Part shown: positions 1 to 9,420 of the stretch, in pieces | Layout: every line of letters begins with the position of its first letter | Numbering within the stretch: the stretch's first letter is position 1 | DNA from: a virus | Strand: one strand, 5' to 3' | DNA length: 64,000 bases | IMG/VR virus record: IMGVR_UViG_3300047496_000382 | Made by a program: the position numbers and the translations under genes | The notes under the pieces: generated by a model | Told to the model about the DNA's origin: nothing | The model's input: the letters and a program-made list of their open reading frames with translations, nothing else | The model's database searches: none

Positions 1-997
1 CGAGCTTCAGCGGGTCCTGGACTGCAGCAACCTTCGCCTCTCCTCCGTACTCGAAGGTAGAAGCGAGCAGCTCGTTACTCTCATCGTAGCCGAGCTTCTC
101 GGCAAGCTCTGCACCCGGAAGACTCCACAACTGCCCCGAACCCGCAATCTTCATCATCACCTTGGCAGTCTTGTCGGCGCCGATGAAGACGAAGCTGATG
201 TCGAAGAAGCGCGGATAGTCGTTGTAGACGAACACCTTCCGCCCGTCGGGGAAGATGTGGTTCATCTGCCTGAGCGCGTGGTCGCAATAGTCCTTGCGCG
301 TGATGGAGACGCCACGGATGCCCTTGCCTGTTCGGCGAATGAGCTCCTTGTGAACCTCGAGCACCGCGTCGCCTGGCGTCTTGTGGATGCCAGGCTTGAA
401 CGTCGCCTGCGCTTTTCGGTACGCGTCCCAATCCAAACAGATGGAGCACGTATCGTAGGGTACGCGACACCCCATGCTCACGTCGATGTACTGCCCCGCC
501 TGGAGCTTGTCCCAGACCCCCTCACCGCCGAACTTCTGACACTTGTCCTTGTCGACGCGAGTCACCAACTCAACGCGCCGCATTCGCGGATTCCAAACAG
601 AGAGCTCGACCTCTCCGAAGGCGCGCGCCGCATCCTTGTTGCGATGGTGGGCGTACGGATGCGCGTAGTAGAACGTCGGGTAGCCGTAGCCCCAGTCCTT
701 CGACCGGGCCTTGTCGATGAGCGGGTTGCCCGTCCAATCATCTGGCGCGTGAATCAACGACGCTTCAGGGAAAGCATCACCGTTGATGTTCGAAGACCAC
801 CACTCTGAAGCACCCAGCGCGTTCACCAGAACGTACTGCGACTCTTTGCTGGGGCGCAGCGTCTCGATGTAGCGCACGACGTCGGGCAGCAGCTGCGGAG
901 CCGCCGTTTTCTCGAACGTCGAAGAGGCAGGACCGAACAGGGGCAGCGCGTGGATGCCCGTCTCGTCCTGACCTCGGAAGAAGGAGACCTTATACAT
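1..997 (-). CDS. Putative prohead (capsid maturation) serine protease, 3' end outside the window
   Basis: Missing from the ORF track because it has no stop in the window. Hand translation from ATG at 997: MYKVSFFRGQDETG...YAHHRNKD...DVSMGCRVPYDTCSIC...FFDISFVFIGADKTAK. His and Ser motifs resemble HK97/assemblin-fold phage head proteases; lies in the head gene block. Confidence 0.65.
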   Translation of the reverse strand, partial: MYKVSFFRGQDETGIHALPLFGPASSTFEKTAAPQLLPDVVRYIETLRPSKESQYVLVNALGASEWWSSNINGDAFPEASLIHAPDDWTGNPLIDKARSKDWGYGYPTFYYAHPYAHHRNKDAARAFGEVELSVWNPRMRRVELVTRVDKDKCQKFGGEGVWDKLQAGQYIDVSMGCRVPYDTCSICLDWDAYRKAQATFKPGIHKTPGDAVLEVHKELIRRTGKGIRGVSITRKDYCDHALRQMNHIFPDGRKVFVYNDYPRFFDISFVFIGADKTAKVMMKIAGSGQLWSLPGAELAEKLGYDESNELLASTFEYGGEAKVAAVQDPLKL

Positions 998-1000
998 ACC

Positions 1001-1525
1001 TCACCGGTGCTTGCCGGCTCCAAACGCTGCGCCGGTCACACGGTCCTGCAGTGGGTCATGCATGCGGTCGCGGTGCGTAAGAGCCTCCACCGCCATGCTG
1101 CCCGCGTGCATCGGGTCACCCACCATCGAGCGCATGTAGTGCCCAGCGACGATGGGGTCACGCGTGAAGGAGGGGTTGAAAGTACGCAGCGTGGAGAACA
1201 TCTGGTTGAAGAGCTTCGGATTCTCCGCGTGCATCTCACCCAGGTCAGGATTCGCGTCGAGCATCGACTTGAAATCGTGCGACTTGGTCGCGGCGTCGTA
1301 CGCACCTTGAAGGAGCTTCGCACCGCCATACGCGACCGCCGCGCTACCGACTGCGAGCGCAGTGTGCCCTGCGTGTTCACCGAGCATGTGTGCGACCGGA
1401 CTCGCTGAGCCCTGCGCGGCATTGCTCATCAAGGAACCGGCGCCCTGCATGAAGCTACGCGCAGCATCTCCGAAGCCCGCGGTCTTCTTGCTCTCGAGGT
1501 ACGTGCTGACGGGGTCAGTAGCCAT
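1001..1525 (-). CDS. Hypothetical virion/head protein (Gly/Ala-rich, KKTAG motif)
   Basis: 174-aa ORF tightly coupled to its neighbours, phage-like codon usage, K-x-A motif near the N-terminus. Confidence 0.6.
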   Translation of the reverse strand: MATDPVSTYLESKKTAGFGDAARSFMQGAGSLMSNAAQGSASPVAHMLGEHAGHTALAVGSAAVAYGGAKLLQGAYDAATKSHDFKSMLDANPDLGEMHAENPKLFNQMFSTLRTFNPSFTRDPIVAGHYMRSMVGDPMHAGSMAVEALTHRDRMHDPLQDRVTGAAFGAGKHR

Positions 1526-2585
1526 TGGTCACCTGCCCTTGCTGCGGCGAGAGACGTTCGCCGAGATACCGAGCCACTGTTGCGAGAGTACTCGGACTCT
1601 CGTTGTAGTGCTTGTTTGCGTAGTGCAGCGCGGCGAGTGTGCCCGCCCCGCCGACCATGGCCTTGGTGCCGAGCGAAACGTCTGAGGCCTGCTTGATGAA
1701 GGTCGACAGGTCACTCGCCGCCTTCGCGAGTTCATCACGCGCGAGGCGTGTCTCAGCGAGCTTGTTGAGCGCCTGGCAGAACTCTACGAACTCTCCTACG
1801 AGGGGGTGCGCGGGATTCACCATGCGTGCACCACCCATCTTGTCGATGGAAGCGTGCAGCTCGCCGATGTTCCGGAACACCTCGTCCTTCAAGAGACGCG
1901 GCGCCACGAGCGAGCTGGCAACCTTGATGTGGTCGGCACTCGGCGCCACCGAGTCCCAGGCCTGGACGATGTCACCAAGAGACATGCCACGCAGCGCGGC
2001 CTGCTTCACCTGGAAGTAGAGACGGTCGCCGAGGTCGGAGTAGACGACCTCAAGCCCGCTGAGCTGAGAGAGGAGGTGCTCGCGCGCGGAAGCGACCTTG
2101 GTTTGGAGGTCCAGGGCAGGACCGAGAGGGTTCTCTTGCGGAAGGTCCGGCGCCGGCGAACCGAAGAGCGCGGTGAGCTCCGCCTCTGCGCGCGCGGCGG
2201 CGACCTTGGCGTTCGACGGAGGTGTCTGGTAGTCGAGCGTGCCCCGGTCAAAGACCGAACCCCCGCCTCCATCGTTGAGGTCACGAAGGACATCGGCGAC
2301 AGAGGCAGGACCTCCCTCGAACTCGATGACCCTGTGCGCGCTGCCCTCTTTGCGGAACTCGTTCAAGTACGCGCTCGTGTTCGCAAACTCGACGACGCGC
2401 TTCACCTGTTCCGGCGACAGACCCGCGGTCTTGACGACGTTGGTGACGGCCGCAGTCAGAGAAGAGTACGTTCCGGCACTCCAATCCGCAGAGGCCTTCT
2501 TGCCGAGCACCTCGAGGTGTTCACCTGAGATGGGTCGCGCGTTCCGCTGTTGAAACAGTCCCTGCTCGGGAAGGTCAGACGACAT
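1515..2585 (-). CDS. Hypothetical head-associated protein with many K-x-A motifs
   Basis: 356 aa, RBS AGGAGG upstream; KKAS, KTAG, KVAA, KVAS (x2), KLAE, KAAS, KQAS. Confidence 0.65.
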   Translation of the reverse strand: MSSDLPEQGLFQQRNARPISGEHLEVLGKKASADWSAGTYSSLTAAVTNVVKTAGLSPEQVKRVVEFANTSAYLNEFRKEGSAHRVIEFEGGPASVADVLRDLNDGGGGSVFDRGTLDYQTPPSNAKVAAARAEAELTALFGSPAPDLPQENPLGPALDLQTKVASAREHLLSQLSGLEVVYSDLGDRLYFQVKQAALRGMSLGDIVQAWDSVAPSADHIKVASSLVAPRLLKDEVFRNIGELHASIDKMGGARMVNPAHPLVGEFVEFCQALNKLAETRLARDELAKAASDLSTFIKQASDVSLGTKAMVGGAGTLAALHYANKHYNESPSTLATVARYLGERLSPQQGQVTNGY

Positions 2586-2617
2586 CGAGCACGCCTCCTA
2601 GTTCAGAAAGAAGTAGC

Positions 2618-3334
2618 ATGGAGCGAAAGAGCATGGGAAGTCGAGAAGCGCCTGAATTCGTGGGTGTACTTGAAGCAGCACGCCTGCTGAAGTGCACAAA
2701 GCGCGCGATTCACGTCTATGTTCGCAACGGCACACTACGCCCTCTTCGGGTCGAAGGCGGCATCCGTTTTCGCGCCACAGACCTGCTTGGACTCCAAGAG
2801 GCGCGGTCACGCACAGACCTCACGCTATTGGAGGTGGCATCCATCGCCCTCCAAGCCAGGGCTATTGCGCGTTTCAACGAACAGCGTCTCGAGGAACTAC
2901 ACCTAGCGCTGGGCATCCCCTCCACAACCCTGGACCGCACGCCAGCAGGAGTGGTTGGGCTCCACGCCGAGGCAGTGCGTCCACTTCTGGCAGAAGACCT
3001 GCGACGGCACGACTTCATCTACTTCTGGGCCTCCTCTTTTGTCGCAATGGATGAAGACTACCTTGCGCTGGTGGCTCGGCACGTTGGGAGTCGTGAACCC
3101 TGGCGCATCTTCCTAGACCTTGCCTCTCAGCTACTGGCGCAGAGCCCCGACATGGCAACGACGGCCATCGAGCTGCGGCAGGCTTTCGCGGCGCTCGAGG
3201 CCGCACGCCGCAGTCTCCGACACGTGGCCTACTTCTACTGCACGCGTGCCGAATCACAGGAGACGGCCAACCAGTTGTTTCCAGAGAAGCCCTCTCCGGT
3301 GGACACCCTGCTGGCCATCCTCTCCTCGCGCTAA
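2618..3334 (+). CDS. Helix-turn-helix protein (excisionase/MerR-like N-terminal HTH)
   Basis: VGVLEAARLLKCTKRAIHVYVRNGTLRPLRVEGGIRFRATDL is a typical HTH_17-like winged helix; the C-terminal helical domain is unassigned. Confidence 0.7.
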   Translation: MERKSMGSREAPEFVGVLEAARLLKCTKRAIHVYVRNGTLRPLRVEGGIRFRATDLLGLQEARSRTDLTLLEVASIALQARAIARFNEQRLEELHLALGIPSTTLDRTPAGVVGLHAEAVRPLLAEDLRRHDFIYFWASSFVAMDEDYLALVARHVGSREPWRIFLDLASQLLAQSPDMATTAIELRQAFAALEAARRSLRHVAYFYCTRAESQETANQLFPEKPSPVDTLLAILSSR

Positions 3335-5145
3335 CCCTGGTCCGTGGGGCCGTTGTAGCCGGAACGAATCGGACCGCGTGCCGGGTCTTCTTTCATCGGC
3401 GCGATGATGTCAGGGCGCGGCGTAATCAGCATAGATGCGAGGAAGCAGTACAAGATGGAGTGGAGCGAGTCGTCCGGGCGGTCGGGGCGGTGCGTGTACT
3501 GAATCGCGCGTGTCGTCTTGTTGTATTCGCTGTAGATGTTGAGACAGTCATTGGCAAAAGGGTCTTCGAACTCCTCCCAGCACGGCAGCTCAATCTGCTT
3601 GCGCTTGATAGCGTTGAAGATGTCACTCATCACTTCTGTACGCATCACCTGCCAGCGGCGCAGGGGGCCGTTCAGCAACAGCTTCTTCTTGAGCTTCGTC
3701 ACGTACTGGTAACGCTGCACGCGACGAGGACCGAACGTTCGAATCAGGCGGTCGTTGGGGTAGTGACCACCGCCGTAGTCTGCGCCAATGACCCGCACGC
3801 TGAAGTACTTCAACATCTCTGCGATGCGGGCGAGCTGTACCTCTGGGTCGACCTCTTCCCCTGTGAAACGGTGAATGTAGAAGATGCGAAACTTCGATTG
3901 CACGTAGGTGCCAAGAGACAGCACCGTGTAGCTGTTCTCGCCAGTGCCCCAATCGAGTCCCGCGAACACTGGCGTCCCATGCGCGCGGTTCTTGTACTTC
4001 TCGAGCTCCGCTGTGCGCATCGTCACGGCGGGATTGCAGCACTCACGCACCTGCGCCCGCGTCAGCGGACGAAGACCCGAGTCGTAGGAGATGCCAAGCA
4101 CCTCGTTGTAGAACTTCTCTCGTGGGTAGCGCCCGTAGTCGAGGTAAATTTCCTCCCACTTCCTCCACGGCACCATCAACTGTGGGATGCGGTACGCCTC
4201 GAAGATGCCGTCCTTCTGCATGTGCGCCCACTGGGCGTCTGCGTGCATGGGGTTCATAATTTTGCCACAGCGCTCGCAAGATAGGCCACGGCGCTGGATG
4301 TTCTTCTCCCCCAGGACGTTCCAGTAGCGCCCGCCCTCGCCGCTCTTGCAGTCGCAGGGCACGACCCACTCGCCCATCGTCGACATCGGGCGGCCCTTAG
4401 AAGTGCCGCTCCTGTAGTACTCGATGACGTTGTCGAGGCTCTTAGGCGTGCCTGCGTAGATGAAGCGCTGCCAGGCTTCAGGAGCGTGGCTGGTCGCCTG
4501 CTCTATGACGGGGATGTTGTCGCCGAGGATGTCCTGGAGCTCGTCGATAAAAAGGCCCCACGCTGGGATGCCACGACAGCGGTCAGCGTTGAGAAAGGCG
4601 TAGCGCAGTGTGATTTTCGAGCGGTTGACGAACTGCTTCTCGAAGACGTTCTGCTGTAGCGCCGACGCTGTGAACGCGCGCAGCACCTCACTGGTCTCGA
4701 GCGGCTCCTTGATGCGGTCCGTGCTGAAGGTCTTGGTCTGCGTCGCAGAGGGAGACACGTACAGCGTGCGGTATCCCGTCACCAAGCACGCGTAGCCGAT
4801 GGCGCGGTTGCCCAGGAGCGTCGACTTCTCAACCTGACGGCCGCAGAAAAGCAACACGCGCTTGGCTGGCGTGTCGTAGATGCGGCGCATGTGGCGACGC
4901 GCCCCAAAGGAGAAGCTCTCGTAGCCGAGACCGTCTGCGCCCGGCATCCGAAACGCGAACTCGGTGAATTGCGAAGGGAGAACGGTCGAGAGTCCGGCAA
5001 CCTGCCGACTCGCCTCTTCGAGGTCAGCCCAGTCGACGAAGGGCTCCGGTTCGGGGCACCAAATTTCTCCGTCGGCGAGCTCAGGCTCATCCTCCTCCGT
5101 GTTGTCGAAACTCAACGCGTGTCCGTGCGCATCAACCAACATCAA
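3331..5145 (-). CDS. terL: Terminase large subunit (GpA-like)
   Basis: Walker A-like GRQVEKST, Walker B FIDELQD, coupling motif AGTPKS, CxC/CxxC Zn site, RNase H-like nuclease AGLDWG...ADYG...DDSLH. Confidence 0.85.
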   Translation of the reverse strand: MMLVDAHGHALSFDNTEEDEPELADGEIWCPEPEPFVDWADLEEASRQVAGLSTVLPSQFTEFAFRMPGADGLGYESFSFGARRHMRRIYDTPAKRVLLFCGRQVEKSTLLGNRAIGYACLVTGYRTLYVSPSATQTKTFSTDRIKEPLETSEVLRAFTASALQQNVFEKQFVNRSKITLRYAFLNADRCRGIPAWGLFIDELQDILGDNIPVIEQATSHAPEAWQRFIYAGTPKSLDNVIEYYRSGTSKGRPMSTMGEWVVPCDCKSGEGGRYWNVLGEKNIQRRGLSCERCGKIMNPMHADAQWAHMQKDGIFEAYRIPQLMVPWRKWEEIYLDYGRYPREKFYNEVLGISYDSGLRPLTRAQVRECCNPAVTMRTAELEKYKNRAHGTPVFAGLDWGTGENSYTVLSLGTYVQSKFRIFYIHRFTGEEVDPEVQLARIAEMLKYFSVRVIGADYGGGHYPNDRLIRTFGPRRVQRYQYVTKLKKKLLLNGPLRRWQVMRTEVMSDIFNAIKRKQIELPCWEEFEDPFANDCLNIYSEYNKTTRAIQYTHRPDRPDDSLHSILYCFLASMLITPRPDIIAPMKEDPARGPIRSGYNGPTDQG

Positions 5146-5195
5146 GGGAGTCTCTTCTGCTTGCGGCTCGACGGCAAGTACAACAATATGGCGGA

Positions 5196-5498
5196 GTGTT
5201 CCCTCCGAAACGCGCTGAAGACCCCAACGAGTGGCTGAGCCACATGTGCTTGAGCGTGCAACGTGCGGGAGCGATGTTCACGGGATTTGCACACGTAGAA
5301 CAACGCGAGGACCACTACGAGTGCACCGTGCAGTTGGTGCACCCGTTGGCCCCGAACGTGAAGAAGGCCCTCGAAACATACACGCGCCAGTACGCCCGCG
5401 CGGCCGGGTGGCCCTTGCGCGGCGTGCGCGTGCTCCGTCACGCCGTGGTCTTCAAGACTTCCTCGAGCTCGGTGTCGAGAAGCTCGAAGAAGCGGTAG
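5196..5498 (+). CDS. Hypothetical protein
   Basis: 100-aa GTG-start ORF filling a gap between minus-strand genes; its 3' end overlaps the convergent gene. Confidence 0.4.
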   Translation: MFPPKRAEDPNEWLSHMCLSVQRAGAMFTGFAHVEQREDHYECTVQLVHPLAPNVKKALETYTRQYARAAGWPLRGVRVLRHAVVFKTSSSSVSRSSKKR

Positions 5499-5854
5499 CT
5501 GAACTTGTGCGGGTCGAGCACGAGGCCAAAACCCTCCGCACGCATCCACCAGCTCTTCACCTCTTCCGTGTAGGCCGCCTTCAGGCGCGGGTATGTCGCG
5601 TTGAAGTATCGCTCCGCCACGCGCGAGAGCGCATTCGGAAATAGCTCTTCCCAGTAGCGTGCCCGCGTCGACATCTCGGGCGTCAAGAAGAAGTGGTAGA
5701 CGATGGCGCCATCGACCATCGCGAACTCCGCCTTGAAGGTAGTGTGCGTGTCATCAACAATGAAGCGAACGGGCTGAAGATTGAAGTCAGTCTTCTGCTC
5801 GGCGGTTACCCGCATGTCCACTGCCGACGGGCTCAAGAACGCTGTCTCCGTCAT
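5438..5854 (-). CDS. Hypothetical protein
   Basis: Start moved to the internal ATG (MTETAFLS); globular, aromatic-rich composition. Confidence 0.55.
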   Translation of the reverse strand: MTETAFLSPSAVDMRVTAEQKTDFNLQPVRFIVDDTHTTFKAEFAMVDGAIVYHFFLTPEMSTRARYWEELFPNALSRVAERYFNATYPRLKAAYTEEVKSWWMRAEGFGLVLDPHKFSYRFFELLDTELEEVLKTTA

Positions 5855-6764
5855 GGGTTGGGTCTCTCTGGGGCAAGACGTCGACCGTGTGGTGACCACC
5901 GGAGAGCTCGTGAATGCTCTTGATGGGAGTCGCGTCGGTTCGCAGCGCGATGGTCTGGAGCTCCTTCTGGAGATGCTCCGTTGGCTTCACGACCATCTCT
6001 ATCATCTCGGTGCAGGCACGAGCACCGTTGACGTAGTTCACGAACTTCTCGTTATCGCCCGGCCCGTCCATCTTGACCGCCGTGTTGGCGTTGAGGATGG
6101 CCATGTCGCGTGTCTCTTCCAGCAGACGCGTGAGCTCGAGCTTGTTGGGGGAGTGCCCCATCTTGATTTGGGCAGCAAGCGCCGACAAAGCTGAGTGTGG
6201 CAGCTCTGCGGCAATACGACGAGGGTCTTTGTAGTAAGTAGACTTCAACAGCGAGGCCGTGCCGTCGAATTCCTTACGCTCTGCCGCCCACTTCACGCGC
6301 ATCTGAAGAAGCAGGCGCAGTTGCGTTGAGTCGAGCAGGCTCATGTTCCAGAAGTAGTACGCATACTTCTCGATGACGCCGACCGTGCAGGACATGTGTC
6401 CGGCACGTGTCACGTACGCCGCGATGGCGGCGTGAGGCGCGTAAGTGATGAGCATCGTGTCGACGAACTCGCGCGCGCGCGGAAGCTCGAGGAGCTCGCG
6501 CGCTCCCTCCATCTCTGGCGTCGAACTGAACCAGCTGTTGAGCCCTTCGTGCAGGAGGAAGAAGCGCGAGGCCGAGTGGTTTCTGTCGAATGGATAGAAC
6601 TGCGCCGGCGGCTTGAGCTTCGCCTTCAGCCCCTGCACGTAGGCATCGCTGATGTAGTCGAGCCCCAACTCGAAGCACTCCTCCTTGAGCTGCTCGAGCG
6701 TCGGGGACTCTGGGTGAACGAGCCGCGCCCGGAGCGCGTTCTCTGCCGGACTGCGCAGGCGCAT
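5787..6764 (-). CDS. Hypothetical protein, possible terminase small subunit
   Basis: 325-aa helical ORF upstream of terL; the TerS suggestion rests on position only. Confidence 0.45.
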   Translation of the reverse strand: MRLRSPAENALRARLVHPESPTLEQLKEECFELGLDYISDAYVQGLKAKLKPPAQFYPFDRNHSASRFFLLHEGLNSWFSSTPEMEGARELLELPRAREFVDTMLITYAPHAAIAAYVTRAGHMSCTVGVIEKYAYYFWNMSLLDSTQLRLLLQMRVKWAAERKEFDGTASLLKSTYYKDPRRIAAELPHSALSALAAQIKMGHSPNKLELTRLLEETRDMAILNANTAVKMDGPGDNEKFVNYVNGARACTEMIEMVVKPTEHLQKELQTIALRTDATPIKSIHELSGGHHTVDVLPQRDPTHDGDSVLEPVGSGHAGNRRAED

Positions 6765-6765
6765 G

Positions 6766-8760
6766 TCAGCTCTGCTGGAAGGCGAGGACCTTCAAGCCCT
6801 CGACGGTCTGCTCCACAGAGCGGATGGCCTTCTCGAGCGCCGACGTCGGAATCTCCCGAAGTCCCAGGCGCGCGGCGAGCAAGAGCTCGCACATCTTTGA
6901 CTGCGCCTCATCAATGACCGGCAAGTAGCTGATGAAGACGCCGAGGTTCTCGGGGTTGATGAAGCCCAGGCTGAGTACGGTGTCGACGGCGACCGGGTCC
7001 GGGATGACAGCCGCCTCCTTCACGAGGTTCTGGCGGAAGTTCGGGACCGTCGCGAGGAACGCGGCAGCAGACGTCTTCATCTCGTCCCCGAGCTCCGCAG
7101 CAGTCTTCAGCTCGCGCGCGACGCGCACCTCGACTGGGCGGCTCCAGGCGGCAGCCTCGCCGACCTTCTTCAGCGCGTAGTCGGAGTTGACACCGAGACC
7201 GGCCAGCAAGAACAACGTGTCATCGAGCGACAAGAACTGGCGCTCGTCACTGCCGAGCTTTTCCACTGGGTAGCCACTGACGGCGAACGAGTTCTCACCG
7301 CCGTAGCGCAAGAAGACCTTCGGTGTCGCGTGCCCCTGCTTCTGGAAAGCGGCCGGGTCGCCGACGAGCTCAACGTCGGCAGCGTTCCCGAGCGGCATCC
7401 ACGAGAACGTGTCGGGGATGAGCACAGCGCCGTCTTCGCCTTGCGCGATGGTCGCGAGGTTCGGCTGCACCTTCACGAGCACCTGACGCCCGTCGTAGGT
7501 CTCTCCAACCAGCGAGACCCCTTCGCCTCCCGGCATCTGGAGCGTCGTCTTGATGGTCATCGGGATGGTGGCTTGCGCTTTCCCGTTGAGCACTTGGTAG
7601 AAGACGCCTTCACCGCGTGGATGGCTGGTGAAAAGGCTCGCGCCCTCCGACACCAAGAGGCCTGCGATTTCACCCTGCACGGCTTTCTGGCTGCCGTTGG
7701 TGAAGAGGAAGATGGGCAGTGACGTCCCGTCGAGGTCAAGCAGGTTCGGGAAGACGTACCCGATGAGCTCTTTCCCCTCGTGGTCTTGCACACGATAGAT
7801 GCCGAAGTCTGTGATGAGCTCCGGCTGCTCCTCCACCTCTTCCGGTGCGGGCGCTTCGCCCGTGGCGAGCGTCGTTGAGCCGTGGACATCTGCTGCAAGG
7901 ACGACCTTCGCGCCCAGCTTGTGCATCGCCTCTGCGCGCGAGAGGTGCTTCACCTCGGGAGCCCAGAAGTGGTGCGTCGCGACCTTGAGCGTGTACCCCT
8001 CGGAGGCGCGTACCAGCTGCATCACTGAAGGGATAACCGCGCTGACCAGGGCGCTGCCGAGCTTCGAAACGGGCCGAGGCACGTACTCCGCGAGCTTCGC
8101 GAGCGCGCTCGACGTTGCATGGCCGTTGCTGACGTACATTGCCTGCAGGCCACGGTCGCCATCGAGCTGCGACAAGAACGAGGCGTGGTCCGACGCGTTG
8201 ATGGTTGGCATGATGGCCGAGAGCACCGAACCCTCCTTGCCCATGCCGACACTCATCGTCGCGCCACCGCCACCGAAGCCGTAGTTCTGCCGGTACGGCG
8301 GATAGAGCTGCCCAATCATCGACTGGTCACCAGGACCGCGGCCCGTGATGTCGAAGACCTGCGGGCGGAAGATGGCCTGACGAAGACGCGTCTCCGTGAG
8401 CGGGAGCATCTTCGAGTCGTCGGTGACGAGAATGTCGAGCGGCTGGAGCTTTCGGTCTTTGACGACGATGGGGATGCGTGCGTGCTGGATGCCGGCGGCA
8501 GCGAGCGCATCCGGCGGGGCACCGTGCTGAATCTCGGTCTTGTTCGAGACTTCGATGTGGCCGAACGCGAAGCCGCGCTCACCATCCACACGGTCCATGA
8601 CGACGTCGGGCTCGAAGTCCGCGATGTACGGAATCTGCTTGAAGAGCTCTTGCATGATTTCGTTGGGCCACGCGTTGGGGTCCTCCGGCAGGACGACCTC
8701 CGCAGCGACCTTTTCGAAGTTCACGGAGGGCTCGAAGAAGAGACCGTCATTCGTCGTCAT
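6766..8760 (-). CDS. Large head/structural protein with K-x-A motifs
   Basis: 664 aa; EKVAA, KLAE, KVAT, KLGS, KTAA, KEAA motifs; lies in the structural operon. Confidence 0.65.
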   Translation of the reverse strand: MTTNDGLFFEPSVNFEKVAAEVVLPEDPNAWPNEIMQELFKQIPYIADFEPDVVMDRVDGERGFAFGHIEVSNKTEIQHGAPPDALAAAGIQHARIPIVVKDRKLQPLDILVTDDSKMLPLTETRLRQAIFRPQVFDITGRGPGDQSMIGQLYPPYRQNYGFGGGGATMSVGMGKEGSVLSAIMPTINASDHASFLSQLDGDRGLQAMYVSNGHATSSALAKLAEYVPRPVSKLGSALVSAVIPSVMQLVRASEGYTLKVATHHFWAPEVKHLSRAEAMHKLGAKVVLAADVHGSTTLATGEAPAPEEVEEQPELITDFGIYRVQDHEGKELIGYVFPNLLDLDGTSLPIFLFTNGSQKAVQGEIAGLLVSEGASLFTSHPRGEGVFYQVLNGKAQATIPMTIKTTLQMPGGEGVSLVGETYDGRQVLVKVQPNLATIAQGEDGAVLIPDTFSWMPLGNAADVELVGDPAAFQKQGHATPKVFLRYGGENSFAVSGYPVEKLGSDERQFLSLDDTLFLLAGLGVNSDYALKKVGEAAAWSRPVEVRVARELKTAAELGDEMKTSAAAFLATVPNFRQNLVKEAAVIPDPVAVDTVLSLGFINPENLGVFISYLPVIDEAQSKMCELLLAARLGLREIPTSALEKAIRSVEQTVEGLKVLAFQQS

Positions 8761-8775
8761 GTGTTTCTCCAGCTC

Positions 8776-9420
8776 CTAGACGGTCTTCATGATACTCGCG
8801 AGCGCCGCAGCAGCGGAAGGACTGCTCGTGAGAAGCAACACACCATACACCGTGTCTCCGGGGTGGATACCGCCCACGCCCGCCGAGCACAACGCGTTGA
8901 TTTGGCTGCCTGCGGACGCAAGCGTGTCCACTCCCGTATAGCCGATGGTGATGAGAACCGTACCCCCAACGCCTAGATTTCCAGAGAGGCCCCCGAAGAA
9001 CGACACAGCCTCGAGCTTCTTCGCGAGGGCCTGGTCGAGAAGGTTCTTCAGCGTAGCGAGCTTCGAGGCCAACAGTCCTGCGAGCGCGTTGGCTCCTCCA
9101 ATCTTGGCCGACAGGGAAGCAGAGACCGGCGGAAGACCGAAAGCCAGTGTCGAGGCGATGCCTGCCTGCACCCGCGCGATGCTCAAGAGCTGCTGCTTGA
9201 GCGCAGTGATGGGATTCGTCAGATTGAGACCAAGGGACACGCTCGCCTGCTTCGCCGCAGCGAGCTGGTTGGCGAGGTCCTGCACCAGTGACCCAAGACC
9301 CGTAGGCCCTGTTAGCATCTGGTCGACCAGTCCCACGAGAGGAGAAGCCACAGCCACGGACCCATTGGCCGCAACATGAATAGTTCCCAGAGGGAAGGAG
9401 CCTAGAACGGTGACGCTCAC
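8776..9420 (-). CDS. Hypothetical hydrophobic helical protein, probably baseplate-associated
   Basis: 214 aa, Ala/Leu/Gly-rich; 4-nt overlap with the spike gene. Confidence 0.55.
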   Translation of the reverse strand: MSVTVLGSFPLGTIHVAANGSVAVASPLVGLVDQMLTGPTGLGSLVQDLANQLAAAKQASVSLGLNLTNPITALKQQLLSIARVQAGIASTLAFGLPPVSASLSAKIGGANALAGLLASKLATLKNLLDQALAKKLEAVSFFGGLSGNLGVGGTVLITIGYTGVDTLASAGSQINALCSAGVGGIHPGDTVYGVLLLTSSPSAAAALASIMKTV

